Assembly: GCA_963849325.1 (NCBI GenBank)
Contig: CAWKHF010000002.1
Location: 1 to 64,000 of the forward strand
DNA: 64,000 nucleotides
From: an uncultured Planctomycetota bacterium
GTDB taxonomy: Bacteria; Planctomycetota; Planctomycetia; Gemmatales; Gemmataceae
Direction of reading: 5' to 3'
Shown here piece after piece: positions 53,301-64,000 of the stretch. The first letter of the stretch is position 1; every line of letters begins with the position of its first letter. Position numbers and translations under genes: made by a program. Below the pieces are notes generated by a model. That model did not search any database. It was not told the DNA's origin and saw nothing but the letters and a program-made list of their open reading frames with translations.

Positions 53301-56300
53301 ACCCGGCGTCGGTCCTCAATTCGATCCGCTGCTGGAGGACAGCCACGCCGGCGCACGCGATGCTCTCGCCAAAGCGACGGAGGCCCTGCGCGGCAGCCGG
53401 GCCGGCCGGACCTTGCCCCTGCGGGAAGTGGTGAGTGAAATCGCCTTCACGTACCTCAAAGACCGCTATCCTCTCATCGTGGACGTGTTGGCCCTACGCG
53501 AAGCCGGCGTCGGGCTGGACACCCGTTTGACCATCCAGGCGCTGTCCGCCAACGATTCGCCGCCACCCTGGGAGGCGTGCGGCCTGGTCGCGGTGCCGGC
53601 GCGCGCGTCGGTCCTGCTCACCACCGCCACCGGGCATGGGGCTGCCCTCCGCGAGCCGCTGTCCGCCTCCGTCGAACGGGCGCTCACTGCGGCCGTCGCC
53701 CGCGGACAGGACTCCTCGGGCCGCTTCCGCTCCGCCCTGAACTGGCTGCGTCCCGAGAACGCCGTCATCGCCGCGCCCGCCCCGCCGCACCTGCTTGCCT
53801 TCGGCGCCGATGCGGCCCACTGGGGAGAGTGGGAGCCGGCGGCCGGTCTGTCGGACGATACGCTAATCGTGGTGCGCCGCGACCTGGTGACGGCGGCAGG
53901 ACTGGGGCTGGTCCTTCTGGAGGGTCTGTTCTTCTGGATCTTTCGCCGGCGTTCCGTCCGCTGGCGCCTGACGTTTCTTTTGCTGGTGCTGGGCCTGACC
54001 GGCGTGGGCGTGTTGTGGCTGCCGGCGGCGCTGCGTGACCTGGCCTGGTGGCCGTTGCTGGCCGGCTGCCTGGGCCTGTTCGTGTGGTACGTGAGGACAA
54101 TCGCCCGCCAGGCGGGAAATCCGAAATCCGAAATCCGAAATCCGAAGAGTGCGGTAGCCGGGGCGGCCACGGCCGTCGTGCTCTTCCTCGCCGGCATCAA
54201 TTGGGGCGGCCGGGCCGCCGCGCCCGCTCCCGTCACCGTCTATCTGGTGCCTGGCCCCGCTGGAGACCGGGATAATCAGAGTGTGCTGGCGCCGGCCGAC
54301 CTCCTCGACCGGCTCAAGGCGCTGGCCCGCCCCGCCCCTCTCGTCGCCGGTGGTCCAGCGGCCGTCCTGCTCGACGCCGTCTACGAGGGCAAGCTCGTGG
54401 ACGGGCAAGCCGAGTTCACCGCCGTCTTCTCCGTCCACTGCCTGAGCGACGAGCCGGCGGCGCTGGCGCTGCCGCTCGATGGCGTCCAGTTCGTCGGCGA
54501 CGTCTGGCTCGACGGTTCTCGCGCCGACCTGCTGGCGCTGTCCGCCCCGCGCGCGGGCTATTCGCTTTCAGGTGCGCGGTCGCGGCAGGCACAAGGTCGA
54601 GCTGCGCTTCCGCGCCCTGTGGTCGGCACGCCCGAGGACCGTAACGTGCTCTTCACCGTGCCACCCTTGCCACGGACCCGTCTGAGCTGGCACGTCCCGC
54701 CCGGCGCCTCGTACACGCAGGCCCTGGTGAAACGCGGCGCTGAGTGGACCGTGCGCGAGGGCGCCGGCGAACGCCTGGAAGTGGACCTGGGCCTCCTGGA
54801 AACGCCCGTGCAGCTGCCCACCCCCTTGCACCTGCACTGGCACCAGGCGGCCCAGCCCGACCGGCCCGCTCGCGTCCAATATCGGGCGGCTTATCTATGG
54901 GACCTGAACCCGGGCGACCTCAGCGGCAAGGCCAGCGTCTTAACGGCCTGGCTGCGCTACCGCGTCCTTCGAGGCGCCGTCCGAACGCTGGAGGTGGACC
55001 TGCCGGCCGACCTCGACGCCCGCTCCGCGGACGTGCAGCGGATCGCGCCGGCTTCCAGTTCGGTCCCGGCCTGGCTGGCCCGCTTGCACCTGCGCGACTG
55101 GCACGTCCGCACGGCCGGCGACAAACGCACTCTCCATCTCGAGCTGCCCTACCCGGTCGCCGGCGACTTCCAGGTGATCCTCGAACTCGTCCCTCGTGCT
55201 CCGCTGCCCGCGCTGGTGACGCTATCGCTGCCGGCGCCGCACGGGGAACGCGGACCCGGTTCGGATTACCTGGCCTATCGCACGCACCCCGGACTGGAGG
55301 CCCAGCGCGACACGTCGCAGAACATCACGCGCATCGGCGAGGGCGAGTTCGCCCCGGACTGGCCGAGCGTCCCGCGTCTTCCCCCCTTCCATCTCCCCCC
55401 GTTCCGGGGGGGACAGGGGGGGGCGCCGCCTACAAGATCAACTCCAAGCGTGCCGCCGGTCCTGCGTCTGCACCTGCGCCGCGGCCCGTCCGTGGTGCAG
55501 GCCGAACTCGACATCACCGTGCAGGCCGGCCCGCATCAGGCCGAGGTCCAGGCTGCCGCCGAGCTGAAGGCGCCGAACAAGGACCTTGGTCTCGTCGAGT
55601 GGGACTTGCCATCGGCGCGGTTGACGGTCGCGTCCGTGAGCGGTGACGACGTGCGGGCCTGGAAGCAAACCGATCGCCGTCTGCTCGTCTGGCTGCACCG
55701 CACGACCGCCGCCACGCGAGTCAGTCTGTCCGGCTGGCTGCCGCTGGAGGGACGCGGAGGCCAGACGCAGTTCGACCTGCCCTGTCTGCGGCTGGTGCAG
55801 GCCCGCGAGCAGCACACCCGGCTCCGCCTCGTCGCCGCCGCCGGCCTGACTCTGGCGTCGGTATCGCCCCACAATCTCCAGCCCGTCACCGCCCCCTCCG
55901 TCGCTTCCGCGGCAGCCGACCACGAGCGGACCTTCGAGACGCGGCAAACGTCCTACGGTGGTTCCTGCGAGATCGCCACCGCCGCCAACGCCGTCGCCCG
56001 TGTGCTGACCTTCGCCGAGGTGGCCGACCGTCGCTTGCAGTTCACCACCACCGTGAATTACGAGGTGAGCCACGGCGAACTGCGCCGCGTCCATCTGCGC
56101 CTGCGCAACTGGGAGGCGGAGAAGGTCGAGCTGCAGGCGGATCGAGTGGCCCTGCGGCGCGGGCCGCGACGTACACCAGGAGATCGTTCGTGGCTGCTCG
56201 ATTTGCAACCGGGCGTCACCGGCCGCTATCGCGTGACGCTGCGCGGCAGCATGCCGGTCGAGGAGGCGGCCGTCGGCGTGCCGCTGCCGGACGTGAGCGT

Positions 56301-57708
56301 CTCGGGAGTCGAGCGTGCCGAGTACGTGCTGGCCGTGGCCGGCGGCGAGCTGACGAGCGAGGCGCGGGGCAGCCTGGTTCGCCTGGCGCGTCCGGCGCAG
56401 GCGCTGGCGCCCTGGCCCGGCGTGGCCCAACGGGTGGAGCGCACCGAGCGGACAGAGTTGGCGGGTACAGGGGCCGGAGTGGCAGCTGCGTCTGCTGCCG
56501 CACGCCCGCGCCGTGGAGTCGGCGCAGGTGCGCGTCTTCCTGCTGGAGCAGTCGGCCGCCGTGGTGGACGGCCGGCGCTGGCTGCACGAGACACGCTGCT
56601 GGCTGCGGCACGAGGCGCACACCGACCTCAACGTGGACTTCGCGGCTTCCGTCCGCGTCGTCGCCGCCGCCGTCGATGGCGTCGAGGTCACGCCCTTGCA
56701 GCCGGCGTCGTCGCGCCTGTGGCTGCCTCTGCCCGGCCGGGCCGGCGTCCGCTGCGTCCGCCTGCGCTGGTTGTATGACCCCTCCGAGCCACTGGATCGT
56801 CCCCTCCTGGCGCCGCCGGTGGTCGTGGACGCTCGACAGGGACCGTCCCTCTGGACAGTGCTGGTGCCGGCCGGCTGGGAGTCGGCCCAGAGTGCGCCCG
56901 CCACGCGCCTGGGGACGGGGGCCGCGCGCGAGGGCGCCCTGGCGCTGTACCGCGCCGACGCCCAGCTGCGCATCAGTCAGGAACTGTGCCGGCAGGGTCG
57001 GGACAATGCCTTCTCCGCCCCGCTGGCCGCCGCCCAGCGGCGATTCGCCCTGTACTGCCGCCACGCCCGGCACGCCCTGGACATGGGGGCCAACCGTGGC
57101 CGCGTCAAGGGTCCGTCCGGTCAGGACTCTGGCGGAGTGGCTGGAAAAACTGCAAGCGGACAACCGAGAGCTGGCCAACCAAAACGGTTTCGAGACCGTA
57201 AGCGCCGACGCCCAGCGCCGGGCCGCCGCCGGCGAGGCGGCCGAGCCGGACCTGGTGCCCGATGACGACGGCGTGGCCCGTTTCTTCGGTCCTGGCCGCG
57301 GCGGCAGCGGCACGTCCCGCCCCTTACCGCAGCACGGTACCCCGCTGTCCTGGCAGGCACCGCCGGCGGCATCGCCGCCCCATCTTGCATTTGACCTCAC
57401 GCGAAAGTCAGCGGACACGGCAAGCCCTGGCGGCTTCTGGTCAGTGGCTCGGCCTGCTCGTGGTCCTTTGGGCCTTGTCGTTCTTGCCTTTTTTGCTGGC
57501 CCGGCTGCGTCGGTTCTGGCCCGAGCAGGTCGCCTTGCTCGGCCTCATCGGCTGGCAACTGGCCGGCTTGACGCTGGTTGTGCTGCTGCTGCTGCTCGTG
57601 GCCGTTTGTGGCCGTCTCTTCCTTCTCGCTCGCGGCCTGCGCTCCCTTTTCCGCAAGCGCCGCCATCAACCCAGTACCATGATGGCCGGTAGCGCCGCCG
57701 GGATGTAA
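50194..57708 (+). CDS. Giant exported/membrane hypothetical protein (about 2500 aa, several indels; start approximate)
   Basis: Overlapping long ORFs 50143-51849, 51934-56778, 56513-57265 and 57262-57708; TM clusters at ~53880-54210 and ~57440-57640. Confidence 0.68.
54116..54146 (+). repeat. Intragenic heptamer repeat (GAAATCC)4
   Basis: Read in frame as NPKSEIRNPK. Confidence 0.85.
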
Positions 57709-57717
57709 AAATGGTTT

Positions 57718-57810
57718 CGCGGCGGTTTTTGTTTAGCCGCGACGCGCAGCGGAGCGCGGGAGGCAATCCCGCGCTCCGCTGCGCGTCGCGGCTAAACAAA
57801 AACCGCCGCG
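57718..57810. repeat. Perfect 44-bp inverted repeat with a 5-nt loop
   Basis: 57718-57761 is the reverse complement of 57767-57810; lies between convergent genes. Confidence 0.93.
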
Positions 57811-57823
57811 TTCGAGCCACCTC

Positions 57824-58526
57824 TCAGCGCGGTTGGTCCTTCTCGATCTTATCCAGGACGGCCCGCACGGCGGTGAGGGGGTCGGTGGGCAACGGTGTAT
57901 CGGTCTCGTAGGTGCGATTCATGTTCGTGCTGCCGGGGATGGGGAGGGAACAGCGAAACTTCCATTGTCCCTGGTCGCCCCAGGTTTCCAGTCGTTGAAA
58001 CGTCACGCCGCGCTGCTTGAGGATTTGCTGGGCCTGCTCGAACGTCAACGTCCCCGCGGGAGGCGCGGCCGGGGCCGTCGCGGCCGGTGGCGACGCACCT
58101 CCCACGGCGGCGACCGGGGCCAGACGCTGCGACGTGGATTCCGCCACCGGCTGCGGAGCATCGAGCACGGCGCTGCCGGGAGCCACGCCCCGCGCCGCCG
58201 CGCCGCTCGGCAGGCTCGCCGGTACGACCGGAGGCGTGCCAATGCGCAGGTCGCGCGGGTCCACCGGCGTCGGCGTCGTGCCGCCGGCCAAGGCCGCCGG
58301 ACTGGTCAGCGCGTGCGTCGCCGGCAAAGGCGGCACGCTCCCCGCCGCTGTCTGTGCCGGCTGTCCGCCGGCTGCGGCGGACGTGGCCGGTGCAGGCGTC
58401 CCATGAATGCCCAGGTAGGGATCGCCCTGTTTCAACCCGTCGCCTTCGCAGCCGGTCAGCGCCAGCAGCGCGAGGGCCGACAGAAGCGGAATTCGGGGGC
58501 ATCCGGTCGAACAGGGCTTTTTCCAT
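57824..58526 (-). CDS. Hypothetical lipoprotein with a Pro/Ala-rich linker and a small C-terminal domain (start uncertain)
   Basis: LALLALTGC lipobox; TFEQAQQILKQRGV...WKFRCSLP...AVRAVLDKIE. Confidence 0.65.
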
Positions 58527-58594
58527 CTTGACTGGTCAACCCGGCTCATGGTTTCCCCCGCTACTTGACTCGCTTGCCGCCCTGGCTAAATTGT

Positions 58595-58688
58595 CTATCC
58601 GCTACCCGCGATCTGCTCTCCGCTGTCCGCCATCCACGCGCGATGGGAGCGGATGGCGGATAGCGGATAGCAGATAGCGGATAGCGGA
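58595..58688. repeat. Heptamer inverted tandem repeat (CTATCCG)n/(GCGGATA)n
   Basis: Degenerate left arm 58595-58636; right arm GCGGATGGCGGATAGCGGATAGCAGATAGCGGATAGCGG. Confidence 0.8.
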
Positions 58689-58698
58689 GGATCAGACA

Positions 58699-59759
58699 AT
58701 GGCAGCTTTCCGCATCGCCGTAATCGGCGGCGACGGCATCGGGCCGGAAGTGATCGACCAGGCCATCCGCGTCGCCGACGCCGCCCGCCGCCACGACCAG
58801 GCCGTGCTCGAATGGAATCGGCTGCCCTGGAGTTCCGCCCACTACCAGAAGACCGGCCAGATGATGCCGCCCGACGGCTGGGACATCCTCTGCCGTCACG
58901 ACGCCGTTCTTCTCGGCGCCATCGGCCATCCCGACGTGCCCGATCACATCACGCTGCACGGCCTGCTGCTGCCCATGCGCCGCAAGTTCGACCAGTACGT
59001 CAACCTCCGCCCCGCTTATCTGTTCGACGGCGTCCAGTCGCCGCTGCGCGACAAGGCGCCCGGCTCCATCGACATGCTGGTTTACCGCGAGAACACCGAG
59101 GGCGAATACGCGCCGATCGGCGGCCGGCTCTACCAGGGCACGCCGCACGAGATCGCCATCCAGACCAACATCTTCACGCGCCGCGGCTGCGAGCGCATCA
59201 TGCGCGCCGCCTTCGAGGGCGCCCGCAAGCGCCGCAAGAAGCTCACGTCCATCACCAAGTCCAACGCCCAGACGTTCGGCATGGTCCTGTGGGACGAGGT
59301 GTTCCAGGCCGTGCAAGCGCGACTACCCCGACGTGCAGGCCGAGCTCGCTGCTGGTCGATGCGGCGGCGATGGACTTCGTGCGCAAGCCGGAGACGTTCG
59401 ACGTGGTGGTGGCCAGCAACCTGTTCGGCGACATCCTGACCGACCTCAGCGCCATCGTCACCGGCAGCATGGGCCTGGCGGCCAGCGCCAACATCAACCC
59501 GGAGCGGGCGTACCCGAGCATGTTCGAGCCGGTCCACGGCTCGGCGCCGGACATCGCCGGCAAGGGCATCGCCAACCCGCTGGCGGCCATCCTGTCGGCG
59601 GGCCTGCTGCTGGATCATCTCGGCCTGGACCAGAGCGCGACGGCGCTGCGGCGAGCGGTGGCGGCGGTGCTCAAGGCCGGCGAGCCGCGCACGCCGGACC
59701 TCGGCGGCAAGGCCGGCACCGCCGACGTGGCCGACGCCGTGCTGGCGGCGCTGCGATGA
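58699..59759 (+). CDS. Tartrate dehydrogenase / isopropylmalate dehydrogenase family enzyme (indel near 59320)
   Basis: GDGIGPEV, QYVNLRP, RENTEGEY, TKSNA, NLFGDILTDL, FEPVHGSAPDIAGKGIANP. Confidence 0.9.
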
Positions 59760-59814
59760 GATCCAGACGTTTGATCTCGAACGAACGTGGCCCATTTCAC
59801 GAAGGAGTTCGATC

Positions 59815-60570
59815 ATGCGAAGAATCGTGGGCGTCGTCGCCTTGCTGACTGCCATCGGCCCGGTTCGCGCCGACGACGACGCCAAGCTGCGCGCCGTCAT
59901 CGACAAGGCCATCAAGGAGACCGGCGGCGCCGAGAAGTTGAGCAAGTTCAAGGGCAGTGCCTCCAAGAGCAAGGGCAAGTTCTACGGCCCTCCCGCGGGC
60001 GGAGAGGGCATCGAGTACACCGGCGCGACTTCCCTGCAACTGCCCGACCGCATTCGCACCGAAGTGGACTCCGAGTTCAACGGGCAGAAATTCAAGTTCG
60101 TGCAGGTGGTCAACGGCGACAAGGGCTGGATCCTGTTTGGGGACCAGACCCATGAAATGAGCAAGGAGATGCTTGCCGAGGCGCGGGAGCAAATGAACAC
60201 GGCGAACATCGTTCATCTCGCCGTCCTATCCAGCAAGGACTACTCGCTTTCGGCCCTGGGCGAGATGAAGGTCGGCGACCGACAAGCCATCGGCGTGCGC
60301 GTGGAGCGCAAGGGGTTTCGTCCCGTCAGTCTGTTTTTCGATAAAGAGAATGGCCTGTTGCTCAAGACCGAGACGCGCGGCAAGGATCCGATGCGCGGCG
60401 GCGAGGAGTTCACCGCCGAGACGATCTACGGCGATTACAAGAAAGTCGAGGGAGTGAGGATCGCTCATAAGGTGACCATCAAACGCGATGGCAAACCGTT
60501 CGTGGACGCGGAGGTCACGGAGGTCAAACTGTCCGAGAAGCTCGACGAGAGCGTGTTCGACAAACCGTAA
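59815..60570 (+). CDS. Exported hypothetical protein (possibly LolA-like beta fold)
   Basis: Signal peptide; IDKAIKETGG, VNGDKGW, LFFDKENGLLLK, DYKKVEG, LDESVFDKP. Confidence 0.7.
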   Translation: MRRIVGVVALLTAIGPVRADDDAKLRAVIDKAIKETGGAEKLSKFKGSASKSKGKFYGPPAGGEGIEYTGATSLQLPDRIRTEVDSEFNGQKFKFVQVVNGDKGWILFGDQTHEMSKEMLAEAREQMNTANIVHLAVLSSKDYSLSALGEMKVGDRQAIGVRVERKGFRPVSLFFDKENGLLLKTETRGKDPMRGGEEFTAETIYGDYKKVEGVRIAHKVTIKRDGKPFVDAEVTEVKLSEKLDESVFDKP

Positions 60571-60583
60571 GGCGCGGCGAACC

Positions 60584-60630
60584 AGCCGCTTGCGGCTTCG
60601 CGTCCGGGCGGCGCGAAGCCGCAAGCGGCT
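60584..60630. repeat. REP-like inverted repeat (AGCC family)
   Basis: AGCCGCTTGCGGCTTCGCG / CGCGAAGCCGCAAGCGGCT. Confidence 0.85.
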
Positions 60631-60775
60631 AACTCCCGCGCCGTCGTGGAGACATTGCTTCCAAGGCGATGTTAATGGTATCATCCTCCCACGGTTGCCT
60701 ATTATGAAGAGAAGGGCCAGGATCGGCCCAACCCGGCGGAAGGCAGTTCCCCGGCAGGAAGCGGGAAGGGATTGA

Positions 60776-61677
<902 letters not shown>

Positions 61678-61726
61678 AGGATGCCGATCTTTGGCTCGTC
61701 ACACAATGGATTAAGGGACTGATGCC

Positions 61727-63647
61727 ATGACCGCTCTGCTGCCGCAAATCACCTCGCCGGCGGACCTGCACCAGCTGACCGACGCCCAGCTGCACGACCT
61801 GGCCCAGGAGATGCGCGACGAGCTGGTGCGCGTCCTGAGCATCCGCCCGGCCCACTTCGCCAGCAACCTCGGCGTCGTCGAGCTGTGCCTGGCCCTGCAC
61901 CTGACCTTCGACTTCAGCCGCGACCGCCTCATCTGGGACACCGGCCATCAGATCTATCCGCACAAGCTCATCACCGGCCGCTACACGCAGTTCGACACGC
62001 ATCCGCACGCGCGGCGGCCTGATGGGCTATCCCAACCCGCACGAGAGCCCCTACGACCTGTTCATGACCGGCCACGCCGGCTGCAGCGTCTCCAGCGCCC
62101 TGGGCCTGAAGGTCGGCGACGACCTGCTCGGCCAGGACGACCGCCACAGCGTCGCCGTCATCGGCGACGGGGCCCTGCCGTCGGGCATCGTCTTCGAGGC
62201 GCTCAACAACGCCGGCGGCCTGCGCAAGAACCTGCTCGTCATCCTCAACGACAACGAGATGTCCATCTGCCCGCGCGTCGGCGCCCTGGCCCAGTGTCTC
62301 GACCAGGCCCGGCTGACGAACTTCTACCAGGGCTCCAAACGGCACATCCGCGACCTGCTGCGACAGCATTCCGCTCGTCGGCGGCGTGGCCACGCAGGCC
62401 ATCGAGCAGATCAAGGACGGCCTGAAGGCGTTCCTGACCGGCGGCATGCTGTTCGAGGAGCTGGGCTTCCGCTACTTCGGCCCGATCGACGGCCACGACC
62501 TGCCGACGCTGCGCCGCTGGCTGCGCGACGTCAAGGACCAGAAAGGCCCGGTGCTGCTGCACGTCCTGACCAAGAAGGGCCACGGCGTCCCGCAGGCCAG
62601 CGCCGACCCGGTGACGTACCACACGCCGCCGGTCTTCGAGAAGGTCGGCCCCGAGCGGACGATCCTGTCGCTCAAGCGCGGCGGCTCGCGCGCCTACACC
62701 GACGCCGTCAGCGGCGCCATCTACAACGCCATGCAGGACGACCCGCACGTCACGGTCATCACGGCGGCCATGTGCCAGGGCAACAAGCTGGAAAAGGTGC
62801 GCGCCGACTTCCCGACCGCTTCTTCGACATCGGCATCTGCGAGTCGCACGCCGTCGCCTTCGCCGCCGGCACTGGCCAAGGCGGGCATGCGGCCCATCGT
62901 GGACATCTACTCGACCTTCCTGCAGCGCTCGTTCGATCAGATCTTCCAGGAGGTGGCCCTGCAAAACCTGCCGGTCGCCTTCACGCCTCGACCGCGCCGG
63001 CCTGACCGGGCCGGACGGCCCGACGCACCACGGCGCCTTCGACATCCCGTACATGCGGCTGTTCCCGAACATCGTCGTCATGGCCCCCGGCGACGAGCTG
63101 GACGTGGCGCCGATGCTGCGCTTCGCCCTGTCGCACTCCGGCCCGGCGTCGCTGCGCTATCCCAAGGCGAACCTGGAGCGCGTCGATCGGCCGATGGTCG
63201 CCGATGGAGCTGGGCCAGGCCGAGGTCTACGAGTGGGGCGAGGACGGCGTGCTCGTCGCCTTCGGCACGCTGTTCCCCACCTGCGTCAAGGCGGCGGCGG
63301 CGCTGCGCGAGGAAGGGCTGAACGTCGGCGTCATCAACGCCCGCTTCGCCAAGCCGCTCGACCGAGCCACGCTGCTGCGAGCCGTCGAGGAGCTGCCGCT
63401 GGTCGTCACGGTCGAGGAAGGCACGCTGGAAGGCGGCTTCGGCAGCGCCGTGCTGGAGGCGGCCAACGGCGCCGGGCTGGACACGCGCCACGTCCTGCGC
63501 CTGGGCCTGCCGGATCGCTTCATCGAGCACGGCGAGCGCGGCGAACTGCTGGCCGACCTGGGCCTCGACGTTGACGGCATCTGCGCCACCGTGCGGCGCA
63601 CGATCGGCGCGCGAGCCGTGGAGCCATCGTGTAAGATGGCGAATTGA
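61727..63647 (+). CDS. dxs: 1-deoxy-D-xylulose-5-phosphate synthase (several indels)
   Basis: HFASNLGVVEL, WDTGHQ, GDGAL...EALNN...NDNEMSI, GPIDGHD, IYSTFLQR, RYP, TVEEG. Confidence 0.95.
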
Positions 63648-63733
63648 AAAGTGAAAAGTAAAAATTGAAAAATGAAAATGGAAGAGGGGCCGAGGCGTTT
63701 TTCACTTTTCATTTTTTACTTTTCATTTTTCAA
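63642..63733. repeat. AT-rich heptamer inverted tandem repeat (TGAAAAN)n/(NTTTTCA)n
   Basis: AATTGAAAAGTGAAAAGTAAAAATTGAAAAATGAAAATG ... TTTTCACTTTTCATTTTTTACTTTTCATTTTTCAAT. Confidence 0.8.
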
Positions 63734-63745
63734 TGAGTTTTCCCC

Positions 63746-64000
63746 ATGCGCATCGTCGTCCTGGGCAACGCCGGCCGTCCGGGAGTACGCGAAGAGGCGG
63801 AGCGTCTCCTGCCGTTCCTCCGTCAGTACTGCGACATCGTCCTCGTCGATCTGGAGCAGGAGAAAGACCTTTCCACCTGTGGCGCCGACCTGACGCTCGT
63901 CCTCGGCGGCGACGGCGCCATCCTGCGCGCGGCCCGGCAGATGGGCTACCGTCAGACTCCGGTGCTCGGCGTCAACCTCGGCCGCCTCGGCTTCCTCGCC
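63746..64000 (+). CDS. nadK: NAD(+) kinase (partial, runs off the window)
   Basis: Manual translation: [10 protein letters not shown]...[10 protein letters not shown]...[14 protein letters not shown]. Confidence 0.92.
   Translation, partial: MRIVVLGNAGRPGVREEAERLLPFLRQYCDIVLVDLEQEKDLSTCGADLTLVLGGDGAILRAARQMGYRQTPVLGVNLGRLGFLA

Overview
This window appears to be a chimera of two genomes. Bases 1-3060 look actinobacterial (response regulator, alpha/beta hydrolase, PPOX-family protein, truncated serine hydrolase) and end abruptly at a 30-nt poly-T tract. Bases ~3190-64000 look like a GC-rich planctomycete, probably Gemmataceae-like; this is inferred from the DUF1501/DUF1549/DUF1553 paralogues, DUF1080 and planctomycete-type kinase motifs. 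That part carries mutL, nusA-infB-DUF503-rbfA, msrB, glpD, queA and ispA-dxs-NAD kinase. Many conserved genes are broken by single-base indels, which are most likely long-read errors. The best candidate for an undescribed system is at 10047-12138: tRNA-Arg(CCU), then three tandem structured non-coding units, then a Ro60/Rsr (TROVE+vWA) gene. The three units share one bipartite stem motif but carry different internal modules: a complete circularly permuted tRNA mimic (YrlA-like), a T-arm+acceptor-only mimic, and a non-tRNA two-hairpin module. Other points of interest: a POT peptide transporter with a large duplicated insert at the position of the mammalian PepT1/2 extracellular domain, an FHA-coiled-coil-pseudokinase, two giant envelope proteins built from three similar modules, a TipA-like MerR gene with a classic 19-bp-spacer promoter, and many palindromic or tandem repeats, some of which are translated into proteins. 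All calls come from reading motifs by eye; no database searches were run.
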